A program made the translations under genes and the position numbers. Of a DNA stretch of 64,000 nucleotides, positions 14,802-28,987 are shown piece after piece. The notes beneath the pieces were generated by a model. The model saw nothing but the letters and a program-made list of their open reading frames with translations, was not told where the DNA came from and did not search any database. Source of the DNA: Octopus vulgaris (taxonomy: Eukaryota); assembly GCA_951406725.2 (NCBI GenBank), contig OX597819.1, positions 118,482,001-118,546,000 of the forward strand. Reading direction: 5' to 3'. Numbering within the stretch: position 1 is the first letter of the stretch; every line of letters starts with the position of its first letter.

Positions 14802-16241
14802 TATAAGCAAATGCAGCCAATGACGTAGTAACCTGAACAATCTTCTGAGTCACTAGAATGAGTTTCAGTGTCATTGGGACTGCTTAACCTAGTAAATGAT
14901 GATAGATCTCCTTTCTTTCTAATAATGCAATCGATTTGTTAATGAGAAAACATGATTAAAAGATTGATATGTTTTTGTTTTACTTGTCTTTCTTTTTTCT
15001 TCATATAACGTCTGAAAAGAAAAAGAACAGCTGTTGGTACAACTGACAGTTCTTATTATCTTGACTTGTAATGCAAGTACTTTTCCAGCGTGTGCCAGTT
15101 ATTATATTATTCAATCTAGACTAATGAAAGGCTACATCAAATATTCTGAAACTCAACTACGTGAAGTCAATAAATATTTCAGTCTTCTCTGATCGGTTGA
15201 ACTATATCTACAGTAGTTCTATTAAATTTGATTTTTGCTTCTAATTACTGAGATGTCTGCGTTTCTGCTACGCACACTAAGAGAACACCAGACAATGTAA
15301 AAGCTAAACTAGTTATTATCTTCTGTCTCTTTTTCAGTGATTAGTTCTGTGAGCAAGTCTCTTTTGTATATTGCTTTTCTTTCTTTCTTTTGTTTCTTAT
15401 CTGTTTTCTGTCTGTCATGAAATGATTGCAATAGCTTACTAATAACCGGATCAGCCAGAATTGCCGTGTTACAAATTGTAAATAGAAATTTTTGTTTCCT
15501 TTTTGTATTTTGATTGTCTCTCAAGACGAATCGTCTAATGAGCCCTGTACAGCAAATTTCTATTTTACTGATGACAAAGTCTCATTACATACCTAACACT
15601 AAGTGAATAAACGCATATCAATGAACAAGTATTGATGATACTAATACTACTACTAATGATAATAATCAGAAGAAAATGGAAAGAAGAACAATAAGAAATG
15701 AGGAAGAATGAGGAGGATTCAATAATACATTTTCAATTTTATACAAGATTAAAACTTTGGAAATTTAAGTATGTAATGTTAGAAATGTTAAAAATGTCAG
15801 CGATATCTGCACAGTGGTTAAATTGTGCTTAAATACGCTAATTAAAAAAAAAAACTCGGAATCATTTCGTAAACGCAAATACTGTCATACTTGGGGTCAG
15901 CAAACATAATCTCACAATAAATATCTAATAACTTTTAACTTTAGCAGATATATTTTACATCGGCGTCACATTCATCGAATAGATTTCACCTTCTGTAACT
16001 TCAAGGTGTCAATGCTTCTTACATTCACTACTCATAAAAACTGTGTACTACTGTATATCTTCTATATCCTTATTTCTCTCTATCTATAGCGAACTACTGT
16101 ATATTCTCTATATCCTTATTTTACAAATTATCTACATCCTTATTTTACAAATACGTACACCACCAGTGATTTCTATACTCACAAAATATTGTTATTCGCC
16201 CCAAAATCTTTCATTTTTTAAAACTTTTAATCAAACTTACC

Positions 16242-16311
16242 CCTTCACAACGCCCTTCTTCTGTGCCTTCACAACGCCCTTCTTCTATGCCTTCACAACG
16301 CCCTTCTTCTG
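16242..16311. repeat. 24-bp minisatellite, about 3 copies (CCTTCACAACGCCCTTCTTCTRTG)
   Basis: Directly visible. Confidence 0.9.
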
Positions 16312-16315
16312 CGAG

Positions 16316-16495
16316 TATCTGGAAGCCATCTACTCGCAATACCAGAGGGCGCACACTCTCCTACCCTGATGTAATCCCCAGGGATACAGGCATCCAGCAA
16401 CAGGACCTCCGTAATGCCATGATGGACAGTGAAGTATGGCGTAGCATGGAAAATTCCATTGTCTTGACCACGGTCGAACAATGATGATGATGATG
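16316..16495 (+). mobile_element. 5'-truncated RTE-clade LINE 3' end
   Basis: Peptide IWKPSTRNTRGRTLSYPDVIPRDTGIQQQDLRNAMMDSEVWRS* is typical of RTE/RTE-X ORF C-termini; followed directly by a (GAT)n tail. Confidence 0.75.
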
Positions 16496-16920
16496 TGACT
16501 ATCACCGGATCTTTTTTGTCAAACAGTTATTTTTAGCAATAATTATTCCATTGCATTATTTGTTTGTTTTCGAAATCCTCAGCTATTTTTAGCATTCCTT
16601 ATGTAGCTAATTATTTTAGATTGAATTTAAATTAAATAAAACGTCCTTGTTCCGCCTTCACTAATTGTTTGCCTTTCGTCTACTTTATGCGACACCTGCT
16701 GACTCAACGAGAATCCATCATCAGCTGTTCTTTTAAGAAAGACGCTTACACAACAACAATTTCAACTGTTGTTCTAAATTTGGTAGCACACATATTTGAA
16801 CACTCAGAAGCATATATATAACGGCGGGAGAAAGAGAGCGAGAGAGAGAGAAACAATAAGGTACATGACACATACTCGTACACACTTGTCTATTTATCTA
16901 ACTATCTCTTTATCTATCTT

Positions 16921-16998
<78 letters not shown>

Positions 16999-17175
16999 CA
17001 GCAAAATTTAGCTTCAGAGGAATATGGTACTTAAATCAAAGGCACCAGAATTTTGTATTGTATTATCCATAGAAATCAAATGGGGTGGTTATAATCAAAT
17101 TAAGCAACAAGTATACCCAATATAGAGTAGTACAATTGTTTCATCAGCTCAATTAAAACTGATGTAATACTTACA

Positions 17176-17551
17176 TCTTTATATATAAAAGAAAGGTTGT
17201 GTGTCTGTCTACTCCGATTTAGATTGCTAACTACTCCCACATTTTGCGGTGCAGTTTAACCCAAAACCGGGTATCTTATAGCCGTGATTCATATCGAGCC
17301 CTTCTGGGTATTAGCGCGCGTCTACGATGAGTCTACGATTTTAAAAATAATTTACCATCATTTTTTTCCATTTTAATGCATTTTTTTAATATATGGGAAG
17401 TAACTCTCGAAAAATATCTACGATGAGTCAACGATTTAAAAAAAATTACCATCATTTTTTTCCGTTTTTAATGTATTTTTTTGCTATTTTTTGGCTATAA
17501 CTCTCTAAAATGCTTATATAGTTATTTCCCTTATAAACCCGATACTGCTAA
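17176..17551 (+). mobile_element. Non-autonomous Helitron, family H2 (3' hairpin deleted)
   Basis: A|TCTTTATATATAAAA start; highly similar to 25962-26361. Confidence 0.82.
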
Positions 17552-17638
17552 TAGTTTAATAAAATGAAGTAGCATGAAGCAATTGTACCACTCTACCTTG
17601 GAAATAATTGTTGCTTATTTTGGATATATATACATATT

Positions 17639-17694
<56 letters not shown>

Positions 17695-17842
17695 CATACG
17701 TACATACATAAATAGATAGATGCATGGAAATGAATAAGTATCTCTTTCATAGTGTGTATGTGTCTGTTTTTGTACCTGTTCTTCTTGTTTGCGGGGAAAA
17801 ACGTATGCAGTAATTTTAACACTATTACTTTCGTGAACGTAT

Positions 17843-19024
17843 TGTTACGGCGGAATCACCCGTCGTCGCCCGTCCCGAACGGCTCACACAAGTTCCGCCA
17901 CGGAACCCAAAGAGGCGGAGAGAGGAGATACAGATAGATACTGCCCCAACCTCAACAGCACAGAGATACAGAGGCACAACCCGAGACACAACCCAAAGAG
18001 GCAAGGCAACAACTGGCAACACTGGCTTATATTTAACAACAGTTTTTATGACAATCAATTGATACACATCAAATACATTTAAGGCAGACATTTAAAGGAA
18101 GACATGCACGTGACTACTCAATGCATCATACAACAGATCAAACATTTAACAACATCATTTCAAGATTACAATTCAAAGCATAATACAACATCATGTAACA
18201 ATTCAAGAGTACACGTCCCAAGACAACAGTTCTCTTAAAGTCTCTTTCTGAACATCAATACCACAACTCGATAATCGACACATCGACAGAGTCTCTGACT
18301 GTTCTCTTCACTGTTCAATACACCGTGACACATATCAATGCACAACACATACCTCAATTCCCAATTGAATCTGCCAGTGTCCCATTCCTCCCAATACTGC
18401 TAAATCCTCTGAATACTCTGCTAATTCCCCTCTGCATATTCCAATCGCTCGCTCCCAGGCCTCCTCGCATCCCAGCTCGCTCCCAGGAATTCCAACGCTT
18501 GTTCCTTAAATCCAAGGTCCGTCTGTCTTCTTCGAGGACCGGCCAGCGACCGCAAGATCCGTCTGTGTTCTTCGACGACCGCTCAACGACTGCCCTTCTT
18601 GACGACCAACTGCGAACTACCAGACCTCACTTCGTCTCTGTCCTTCTTCCACTCCCCTCATCTCCCTCTGTCTATATCGCTCTTATCCTTTCTAACTGCC
18701 CTGGTCCTTATACCCTATCTATATCGCCTGCTGTCTCTTAGCCTTTCTATTTGCCCTCTGCTCTTACTCTATCGCTATCGCCTGCCAGACTCTTCCTCTC
18801 TATATGTCCCTTTTCTCTTACACTCTATCTCTATTTGCTCTCAGCCCTTAATCTGTCTTCCTCTCTCACATTCTCCTGACCCTCTTCTCAGCCGCACGAG
18901 GTCACAGGTCATTCCAAAACCCATTAGTCCTCCGTTAGACAAAAGACTGTCACATTTTCACCAGACATCATGGTGCCATTATTCCTATGTGGGTCACCAG
19001 AAATGCACCTAGCCAACCGTAACA
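17843..19024. mobile_element. Solo LTR of an LTR retrotransposon (probably Ty3/Gypsy)
   Basis: TG...CA termini with 8-bp inverted ends TGTTACGG/CCGTAACA, perfect 4-bp TSD GTAT (17839-17842, 19025-19028), higher GC than flanks, no coding remnants. Confidence 0.82.
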
Positions 19025-20611
19025 GTATGTACGTATTGTGGCGAGGTAATTATCGTTGTAGACATGCGATTAATTCTAAATGTGACATCCAAATTATTTC
19101 ACTAGCATCGTGTGATATCAATGTAGATATTTGATAATAAATCTGTTATAACAAGAAAATATAGCGACAAATTTGCAATATTGTTACTGCGATATGTATG
19201 TTCAACTGTGATAAAACGAACTCGAATAAAATGTTATGAAATTTGAAGGACATCAGTTGATAGTTTAATATTATGACAATTGTTTTCCTTGCAAAATTCT
19301 GCTATGAATATAATATAATAATACTTATGAAAACAAATCGGAGAGTCTCACAGGAAGGACGTAGATGACTTATCACTTGTGATAAGTACTCAATGAATAA
19401 AATATAAGCATCTGTCTGGCAGGTTATCATTCTCAGCTGCGTACGGGATGTAATGTTCATATCAAACTTAGAAAAGTCAATGCGTTTGTTTTATAACTAA
19501 ATTGTCGGGAATCTTTATGATTTCTATAGTCTCCACATTGTATAATTCGTACAATGTCAAAAATATACTGCAAATATTATGCAATTGATGTTATTGTGTA
19601 ACATTGTGAAGTATTAAGTCTTAATTTCTCCCATAAAATGAGATTTGCTCTTCACAAGCAGAATATACTTCATATATATTGCTTTGATTCTTATAATCTT
19701 CAAGATATCTACAGTCAAAACGATTACAATTTCTCAATATTTTCTTGGAATAAATGTGTACCAATAAATATGTTATATTCAGAAGCCTTTCTTTTTTCCT
19801 TATCAAATAAGGCTATATGTGTGGCCTATGTATTACAACGTCCATTAACCATATTTTAATAACTTTACAATACTGGGAACGAAATTTGGATAAAAACGAT
19901 CTAACCTGAAATATGAAACCGCTAGATGTAACTTATTCTTCTACACATTATAGTACAATTGTACAAATCGATTTTTTTTATATTTCTACACTGTTACTTA
20001 CGATTTCACTGAATAACATTCCCGCTTGCATACGCAGCGATTAGTAGATCTGATAAACATCTGGTCGAATGTAAACTAAATACTGAATCGTATACATTTT
20101 AAAAAATAAAGTCACTTGTTTTATGGATTAAATCTAAGATATGCAACCGCGACTTTTGAGATTGGGATTTTCAAACCGGGGACTACATACCAACAGGAAT
20201 TTAAGAGAATATAAATACCAACAAATCGTTTCATATTCACGCACGACAGTGTTATCCTGAATCATAGCCTAAGTTTTCTTCTGAGGAATATAGTAAAGTT
20301 TTGGTTGAACCAGGTCTATGAGAGAACATTCGGTTTCAGGAAGAGGGAATGAAATCGAGCGCAGAATCGTGTGCTTACATGTCGAAACACTTGAATGAAA
20401 ATGCAGCCATTTTCTTTTGCCACTGTTGGTCTGATGTAATGCTAGGGGTAAAGCCAGTCACTGAAAATTCAAAACTCCGAACAGCGGAAAAATCCGTTGT
20501 AGATTTAAACCAACAGTTGTCCGAAAAAATATTCGTCTCTATGTTTTTATTTTTATGTTCTCGTTTCTCATTGTGTTCAACGTCTTTTTGATGTCCCGTA
20601 CCCATACATGC

Positions 20612-20679
<68 letters not shown>

Positions 20680-20733
20680 ATATGATGGTATGTGCATATA
20701 TGTATGTATATATGCATATATCTATATATTATT

Positions 20734-20807
<74 letters not shown>

Positions 20808-21939
20808 CTTACATACATACACATGTATATATACATACATATATATGTATGTATGTGTGTGTGTATATATGTGTATGCATATACCATTACTTTATTTACA
20901 TCACATCTCTCAGAATCACTGCCGCAATCAGAAACAAAAGCAACAAAAACAACGTCTACAACCGTCAACAACCATTACAGCAGATAAAGTTGCACAAGGA
21001 ATTGTTTTGGCATTGCTTTCGGATTTTGATCATGTTTCTACTGTTTAATATATCAGCAGTTCTTGACATGCGAAAACTTGTCATTTTTAATAACAGAGAA
21101 GTCTTGCTAGAAGGTGTTCAAAGTAAGAATCTGAGCTGTTCGTATTTTAGTGTCGTCTTCCATGACTCCTTCACAGCTGTAACATTTAGCTGCCTAATAT
21201 TGCTTGGCGACAGGTTAGAAGAATATGAATGAAAGGAAATAATATTTAATCAGGATTATAAAGCATGTATAATTTCAATATGGGAATAAATGTTCAAATA
21301 TGATGCATTAGATAACTGTACAAAATTTGCGAAAATAGCAGTTTATGAAAGGTATACTCTGTGCGAAGGCTCTTTGTTTAAATCAAATAAATTTCATCGA
21401 ACACTCTGTTAGTATCTGTAGAGAGCTGGGTATACGAAATGAAATGCTGGGTTTTAATGAGTTGGGTATTCCATATGAGTTGCTGGGTTTTAATTGCACA
21501 AGCACCAAAGCGAAATTATTTGGTTTAGCTTAGGTAACAAGAACAAAGACAGAAAAATGAAGAAACAATGAAAGAAAGTACAAGAAGGATTCTGATTTCT
21601 TGAAATGCCTTTGATTGCGAACTAATAATAGATAAAGAATGCAAGTAAGTTTAACAACAAATTATTTTTAAAATGTGAATATAGAAGAAGTATTTCGAGT
21701 CTCGAGGTATATGTAAAGTATTAGATTGGAGACGAATTTCTGTTGTATTTCAAGAGAAGAAAATGTTGTTATGACCTTACTTGCTGTATTTCGTCCTTAT
21801 TATTTATAAAACAATCACGTTGTCTTCTCATTATTTTCGCAAATAAAAGACTTTATTTTTACCTCTTAACAATGTTTCGATCACATGAGAAGATGATAGT
21901 CACGTCAGGAAGAGTAAAGATGATGTAAAAAAAAAAAAA

Positions 21940-22200
21940 ATCTGTATAATCTTTCCTTGATTGAATTTGGCGATATGTGATTTTAGGTCATCGTGTAACA
22001 GCAACTGCCATTCAAGTACGGTCAATGATGGGCGCTTTTTCTGCAAACCTTGGTGAAAATTTTCAGTTGATAATTGCAATTCTCCGCATCACCTCTTTCG
22101 GTTTTACACGATTTCCATTATATCCCATCAAATATAGAAAATAAATTTTATCAAATGGATTCGCCTCTCACATTGGGTGCCAACTGTTGTCGTTTTCATT
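21940..22200 (-). pseudogene. Degraded mariner transposase fragment
   Basis: Minus-strand KFIFYI*WDIMEI and KRPSLTVLEWQLLLHDDLKSHIA resemble KVML.IWWD..GI and KRP.....VILLHDNARPH. Confidence 0.6.
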
Positions 22201-23049
22201 GAATATGATTATAAAGAAGGCACTTTCATTAATTTCGACGATTTTGCACTTGACGTGTTCGGTAGCAATGCCAATGACGTGCAGAGGACAACACATTCAT
22301 GAAGGGGAGTAGAAATTAGCGAATGAGGGAGTCAGTAAGCAAGCATCTTTAAACATTTCTTAGTTCAGAACTTACATTTAGGAACCATAAGCGACTCCAA
22401 TTGAAATATGCTGCGAATTCTCCGGTATTTTGTTATGGAGTTTCAACAGCTACTGTTTTAAGAACCTCAGTTTTGACAGAAATTTGTCATCTTCATCGAA
22501 GGGAATGTTTGAGAGAAAAACCTCCAGAAGAAAACTGCTCATACTATCGTTGGCAGGCCCGGACACGTAAACATATCGAACGGACATTTCCTGCAAGCTC
22601 CAGTCTCGTAAAGCCCCATTTTTTGAATTATTTTAGCATCAGTGTATCTTATGTCTTTTCTGAACTTATTTGATACTTATTTGAACGTGAGTAGACAGGG
22701 AGCGCTTCTAAACTGACCATGTGAAAAATATGATAGATCTTTCTTTCTTTCCAAACTGTTTAATAATATGCGCCGTGAGATCTTACATAAAACAATATAC
22801 AACTCACGTACTGTAGACAAACCACGCCACCCAATATACTTACAGTAATTTTTCAGCATTATAATAGTAAGCTGGATTTTGATTCATCTTGGTTTATTAT
22901 TTATGCTGTCAAGCGATCATGGGTATCATCAGTTAACTTGCAACTAATGAGTCATATTGACACCGGCACGGGTAATCTTTGTTAGAAATGTTGCTTTTAT
23001 ACTCGCACGCACAGATACATACATACATACATACATACATACATACATG

Positions 23050-23109
<60 letters not shown>

Positions 23110-23234
23110 AATAGGAATACATATGTATGCATACATACACAGACATACACACACATATATATGTATCTTTGAATATATATAAATATATATATGTATATAT
23201 ATACATATATACATATGTATATACACCACACACT

Positions 23235-23277
<43 letters not shown>

Positions 23278-23278
<1 letters not shown>

Positions 23279-23704
23279 GGCGTAGGAGTGGCGGAGCGGT
23301 AAATAGCTTGCTTACGAACCATATGGCTTCGGGTTCACTCCCACTTCGTGGCATCTTTGGCAAGTATCTTCTACTATAGCCTCAGCACAACCGGAGCCTT
23401 TTGATTGGATTTGGTAGTCTGAAACTGAAAGAAGCCCGTCGTATGTATTTATATATGTGTGTGTGTGTTTGTGTGTCTGTGTATATGTGTATATGTTTTT
23501 GTGTCTGTGTGTCCCTCCAACAGCGGCTGGCAACGGATGCAGTTGTGCTTACGTCCCCGTAACTTAGTGATTAGGCAAAAGAGTCCGATAGAATAAGTAC
23601 TAGGCTTACAAATAATAAGCCTTGGGGTCGATTTGCTCGACTAAAGGCGGTACTCCAGCATGGTTGCAGTCAAATAACTGATACATTTAAAAGAGTAAAA
23701 TGGA
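23278..23704 (+). mobile_element. SINE family A, full length
   Basis: Head, internal (TG)n, tail ending AAAAGAGTAAAA. Confidence 0.9.
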
Positions 23705-24082
23705 GTATAAATATACTTGTGTATATATGTGTGTGTGTGCTTGTGCGTGTATCTATATATAAGTACATATACACTATCCTATTTTGTCATAGGTAATATC
23801 AAATCAATCTCCATCTAGGGAGAGGCAAGTATCATGTGAGCTTGTATAAGTTTCATGCTCCGATGATACACGAGACGGGCGACTTTTTACATTGTGCTGC
23901 GTACTATACTGCACTTTTGTCTTTTGATGCTAAAACTGTGCTTTGTGTTAAAAAATTTCAAAGAACGAGAAATGAGAATTAAAAAGACAAGAAAGTAAGA
24001 AAGAAAGAAATGAGATACTAGAAAATATATATATTTTGCATGAATCATTACCTGTTATTCTTTAATCTTTTAGCTAATGTCA

Positions 24083-24412
24083 AGTGAGGGCGCGTGGCTT
24101 AGTGGTTAGGGCATTCGGCTCATGATCGTAAGGTTGTGATTTCGATTCCGGGCGACGCGTTGTGTCCTTGAGCAAGACACTTTATTTCACGTTGCTCCAG
24201 TCCACTCAGCTGGCAAAAATGAGTTGTACTTGTATTTCAAAGGGTCAGCCTTGTCACTCTCTGTGTCACGCTGATTATCCCCGAGAACTACGTTAAGGGT
24301 ACACGTGTCTGTGGAATGTTCAGCCATTTGCACGTTAATTTCACGAGCAAGCTGTTCCGTTGATCGTATCAGCTGGGACCCTCGTCGTCGTAACCGGCGG
24401 AGTCTTTTTAAA
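24083..24412 (+). mobile_element. SINE family C variant (tRNA-derived) with TSD
   Basis: A box TGGCTTAGTGG, B box TTTCGATTCC; 11-bp TSD AGCTAATGTCA at 24072-24082 and 24413-24423. Confidence 0.92.
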
Positions 24413-24559
24413 AGCTAATGTCAGGCTGAGGCTGTGTCCATGTTGAAGCACCGCCTTTCAGTGTCTTTTCAGTACTGCTTTTGATGATAGAGGGACTTGG
24501 TCGGAGCTCCTCTTTGTTGTGCCTCCTGCGTTGTGCACTCGTCTGCTATTTCAAATAGA

Positions 24560-25340
24560 AATTAATCCAGATGCTTTTTGATCATCTCCACACCTACACC
24601 GCAAGTCTCCCAGGTTCGTCGATAGAAAATTTAGCAATTTTGGTCACCTAAAGTCCAGTCTGTGTCAGTAATGGGTCCTCATCTGAAATGAAGAAGAAAG
24701 TATCTTTCCTATGATGGAGTGTCGTCCAACCCAGTGGTTTGTGTAGCATTTAATTCCCTCCAGGGACTAGAGCTTCAGTTCTTGAAGCCTTTATACCATC
24801 TCATCTCTATAACCGAGTCAATCTTCTTTGTGTAGTGGCGCTGGATTGCCTGACGTTCCGCCATTAATTTGATGATCTGCGGTGATCATATTTGGGAGCA
24901 GTAATCCAGATGACTAAGGTCAAATGTCCTCCATAAGAGTAGCAAGGTATTCCTTATTTCTGGTTCTGAATGATCTAAGAATCCATCCAGATACTCGCCT
25001 GCAGAGTGTTGCCATCCTGGCAATATGCATGGAATGTTTATGCATTAGTTGTGTTATGCGTTATTAATCATGTTGATTCCCAGTATATGCACTGATTTTA
25101 ACTCTGGGAGTGCTCAGCCTCCAGGTCCTGTGTATTCCGATTGTAGTGTGTTTGTAGGCCGATAGCTGAGTGCTTTAAACTTATCAGAATTAAACGGCGT
25201 GTTATATTCATCAACCCATTTATGTATCGCACGCAGGTTACTTTGCAGGATGGGTAACTGGCAGGAACACAATTGTATCGTCAGCGTAGCTGGTGTGAGT
25301 GCCTAAGAATACGACCGACAGCATGCCTGACACAGCCACT
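24560..25340 (-). pseudogene. Degraded CR1/L2-group LINE reverse transcriptase remnant
   Basis: Minus-strand SYADDT (catalytic YADD), IHKWVDEYNTPFNSDKFKALSY and SHLDYCSQI*SP motifs in the expected order, with frameshifts. Confidence 0.8.
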
Positions 25341-25961
25341 ACAAACTGTAATAGTCTATGTACTGTTGCTTGAATTATAAAGAAATATATATTTTTAAAT
25401 CCAATAAGCTGCAAGAAATAATACTCCATTTGTACTTTTAACATTTATTTCCATATTTCGTAGTTAGGAACACTTCTTTAGGAAATTTTCGAAGATTTGT
25501 TATTGTGTCCTAAAGTATGTATATATGAGCGATTTCTAAGGAGGATATCCTTTGTGTAATAGCAAATAAGCAACATGTAGCATGGTTGTATTACTAACAT
25601 TTGGAGAGGTCTTGCTAATTAGGATTGCTTTCTTTATTATTCTCAGATATATGGCTAAGTCCTTGTGGGAGGCGTACATGATAACGAAGCCAGACACATT
25701 GAGCACGTTCATCTTTCGTAATCTCTGGTTTGTATCCAGTCATCGCATTCCGTTTTACTTGGTGTCTAGAGGGCTATAGACCTGCAACCCAGTGTATATG
25801 TCACTGCTATAAAAGCTACAATTCTCATGATCTTCGGAAACAAAGACGAGCAGTCTAATTTGAGAAGGAGACTGCATGTGCTTGGTTAAAGTCACATGGA
25901 CATAGCATTGAAACAGAAATTAATAATGAGACAAATCCTGGTAAAATAAAGAAACGCGAAA

Positions 25962-26361
25962 TCTTTATATATAAAAGTCAAGTTGTGTGTCTGTCTCCTA
26001 CGATTGAGATTCCTAACTACTCCCACATTTTGCGGTGCTGTTTAACCAAAACCGGGTATCTTATAGTCGTGATTCATATCGAGCCCTTCTGGGTATTAGC
26101 GCGCGTCTACGATGAGTCTACGATTTTAAAAAAAGATTTACCATCATTTTTTTCAATTTTAATGCATTTTGTCGCTATTATATAAGGGAAGTAACTCTCT
26201 AAAAATGTCTACGATCAGTCAACGATTTAAAAAAAATTTACCATCATTTGTTTTCCATTTTTAATGCATATTTTTGCTATTTTTTTGGCTATAACTCTCT
26301 AATAAATGCTTATATAGTTATTTCCCTTACAAACCCAAGCAACACCGGGCGATACTGCTAG
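25962..26361 (+). mobile_element. Non-autonomous Helitron, family H2, complete
   Basis: A|TC start, 3' CCCAAGCAACACCGGG hairpin remnant then CTAG|T; internal duplicated TCTACGATGAGTC block. Confidence 0.88.
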
Positions 26362-26924
26362 TTCCCAATAAAATAAATTAGGCTGACGTTACAGAGATGA
26401 TTTCCGTTTTCGGCACTACTCCGAATGTCATCACTCTAATAACAACAAGACATGTATTGTTTCTTTTATCTACGAATGAAATACTAAAAGTGTTCCAGTG
26501 AGGTTCTGGATTCAGCATTTCTCCATTATATTCCTTGCCACGTGTTACCATTAAGCATAAGAAAATTATGTCATCCCAGCTGAAACGCGTACTAGATGTT
26601 TCATTGGTACAGCACTTGGTTGTACTTAAACTGTCCACTCGGTTTTTTTAAATCGCTATATTCGAGATTATGGGAATCATACTCAATTCTGTATACCCGT
26701 AAGCAACTAGGTTTACACTTATAAATAACGTAACCTAAGTCTGTAGTGTCATGTAATACAGAACTGCATTTTGAAAGCAGTGAACATTTCTGGAAAACTT
26801 CATTGGACAAAGTAAATTTCAGATGTTTTGTGTCTTTTTAAGAGAAATATTTATTAATTTCAAAGAAATACAAAACACTAAACACCTTTACGGTAAGGAT
26901 CCTCTATCTTCAATCTCCTGTTTT

Positions 26925-27130
26925 AGAGCTCCAGATCCTTCAAGAATGCGCCATAGAAGCCCTGCAAAGTGAACCTTTCCAGGACTCTTGTAATAACATC
27001 CTTCTTCTGTAGCATGGGGAGCAATCTCATGTAATAGGGAGCAAGGCCTGGACTGTAGGGAGAGCAAGGAACAGTTCTGATGTCAATTTTTGTCAAGTAG
27101 TTTGTTACCTGAATGGAACTGTGAACGGTG
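26925..27130 (-). pseudogene. Mariner transposase C-terminal remnant
   Basis: VTNYLTKIDIRTVPCSPYSPGLAP resembles the PYSPDLAP motif; same family as 49680-50170. Confidence 0.75.
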
Positions 27131-28073
27131 CATTCTCTTTTTGTAGGTGCTCTAGTCTTTTGAGACGAAACCACTTCCTGTCGAAAACGGAAATCATCAT
27201 AAGCTTTCGCGTAAAGTTGCCTTATGTGGCCTCTTGTGCCAGCATAAAAAACATATACTCGACTCATAAAATTAATTCATAACCATACCTTATGATTCTG
27301 TAGTATTTTTGCCAAGTTTAATAGAAAAATATTGTATAGTGATATTCTATAGAGCATTCTGTAAACTAGTTGGCAGTGACAAGCAGTGTTTAGTGGTGTG
27401 TGTCTGCATCCTTCAATTTAGAATCATATAATTTAACAGGTCAGCTTATTATATGTGTAGTAATGATATACTAAAATTAGAGCAATCTAGGGCTGTTATA
27501 ACTGCCATCCCTAAAATTTATATCTTATCAACAATACGGCATCTAATTATATCGTTGCTGATATACAATGTCTAACATTTGGCAGAATATTTAGAACGTC
27601 AATTAAATGTTTTCCTAGTAATTAGATGTGTTCCTGAATTCAAATACACTTGAATTCCTCTCATCCTTCCGTTTTCTCACAGCGAATCGATTGAGGGAGA
27701 ATGAAGAAATGCGAATCCTTTGAATATCTTGTAATGCCTTTCCAATAAATCTCTCATTTCTGTTTAATGCTAGAATTCGTTTATGTTTAAACATCCTTTC
27801 AGTATTAAGTTAATTATCAGTTAATGTCTACGTAAACATCAGTTAATTCATTATTGAATCTCATGTTCTGAGTATAAAATTTTAATTTTATGTCTCCCTC
27901 AGTATAGGCTGTTTCACAACAGGTGAAATATTTCCTTTAAAAATACGTAATACTGTCTTCTACTCAACCAAGTATATCTACGATACCTCGCTCAAAGTTC
28001 ACGTCCGAAAATATTCGGAAATATACGCAAGAAAGCACACTAATAAAAACACACAAATGGTTTAAAACATTCT

Positions 28074-28118
28074 CAGCGACACGAGAATCAGCGACACGAG
28101 AATCAGCGACACGAGAAC
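28074..28118. repeat. 15-bp tandem repeat, 3 copies (TCAGCGACACGAGAA)
   Basis: Directly visible. Confidence 0.9.
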
Positions 28119-28373
28119 CATGTGAAGTTCATCGAAAGCCTAATAACTAAAGATCGATTCTTGAAATAAACGTTGCAGTCCTAGCGTAATATTGATAGAC
28201 TTCTAGAGGAGAAATATGTGTGGCAGTTAAGAAATCGGAAATATTTGTTGAGTAGGGATGGTGAATGACTTTAATTTTAATAATCATTTTGTAATAGAAT
28301 TAATAAAATCCTCGATAAACTGTACCGTTTGAATTACTTACGTTTTCCATTTCATCCTCCCAATGGGATGCAA

Positions 28374-28683
28374 AAGGCGGCGAGCTGGCAGAATTGTTAG
28401 CACACCGGGCGAAATACTTAGCGGTATTTCGTCCGCCAATACGTTCTGAGTTCAAATTCCGCCGAGGTCTACTTTGCCTTTCATCCTTTCGGGGTCGATA
28501 AATTAAGTACAATTTACGCACTGGGGTCGATATAATCGACTTAATCCGTTTGTCTGTCCTTGTTTGTCCTCTCTGTGTTTAGCCCCTTGTAGGTATTTCG
28601 CCTGCCAATACATTCCGAGTTCAAATTGCGCCGAGGTCAACTTTGCCTTTCATCTTTACGGAGTCGATTAAATATTTACCAGT
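28374..28683 (+). mobile_element. SINE family B, full unit plus second 5'-truncated unit
   Basis: Homologous to 14567; second unit restarts at GGTATTTCG near 28591. Confidence 0.9.
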
Positions 28684-28688
28684 AAAGT

Positions 28689-28987
28689 GGAGACACATGG
28701 CCTAGTAGCTAGAGGAGCTGACTTGTGATCGAGGGATCGCGGGTTCGAATCTCAGATCGAGAGATGTGTGTGTTTATCAGCGAAACACCTAAGCTCAACG
28801 CGGCTCCGGCAGAAGATAATGGCGAAATTCTGCTGACTCTTTCACCACAACTTTCTCTCACACTTTCCTCTTGCATCTTGCAGCACACCCGCGACAGACC
28901 GGTGTCCCGTCCAGGTGGGGAATTTATATGCCATAGAAACCGGAAAACCGGCCCTATGGGCCAGGCGTGACCCGAGAGGGAACAAAC
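28689..28987 (+). mobile_element. SINE related to family C with a different 3' tail
   Basis: A box TGGCCTAGTAG, B box GGTTCGAATC, shared body GCGAAACACCTAAGCTC...CTCTTTCACCACAACTTTCTCTCAC. Confidence 0.8.

Noticed and set aside
16242-16311. Short direct repeats as a CRISPR array (also 28074-28118)
   Set aside because: Repeats are contiguous with no spacers, the context is eukaryotic and there are no cas genes
18325-19012. Two ORFs of 137-138 aa
   Set aside because: Low-complexity pyrimidine-rich frames inside the solo LTR with no gag or pol motifs
20555-21232. Longest ORF, 225 aa
   Set aside because: The first half is microsatellite and the rest shows no recognisable domain or splice support
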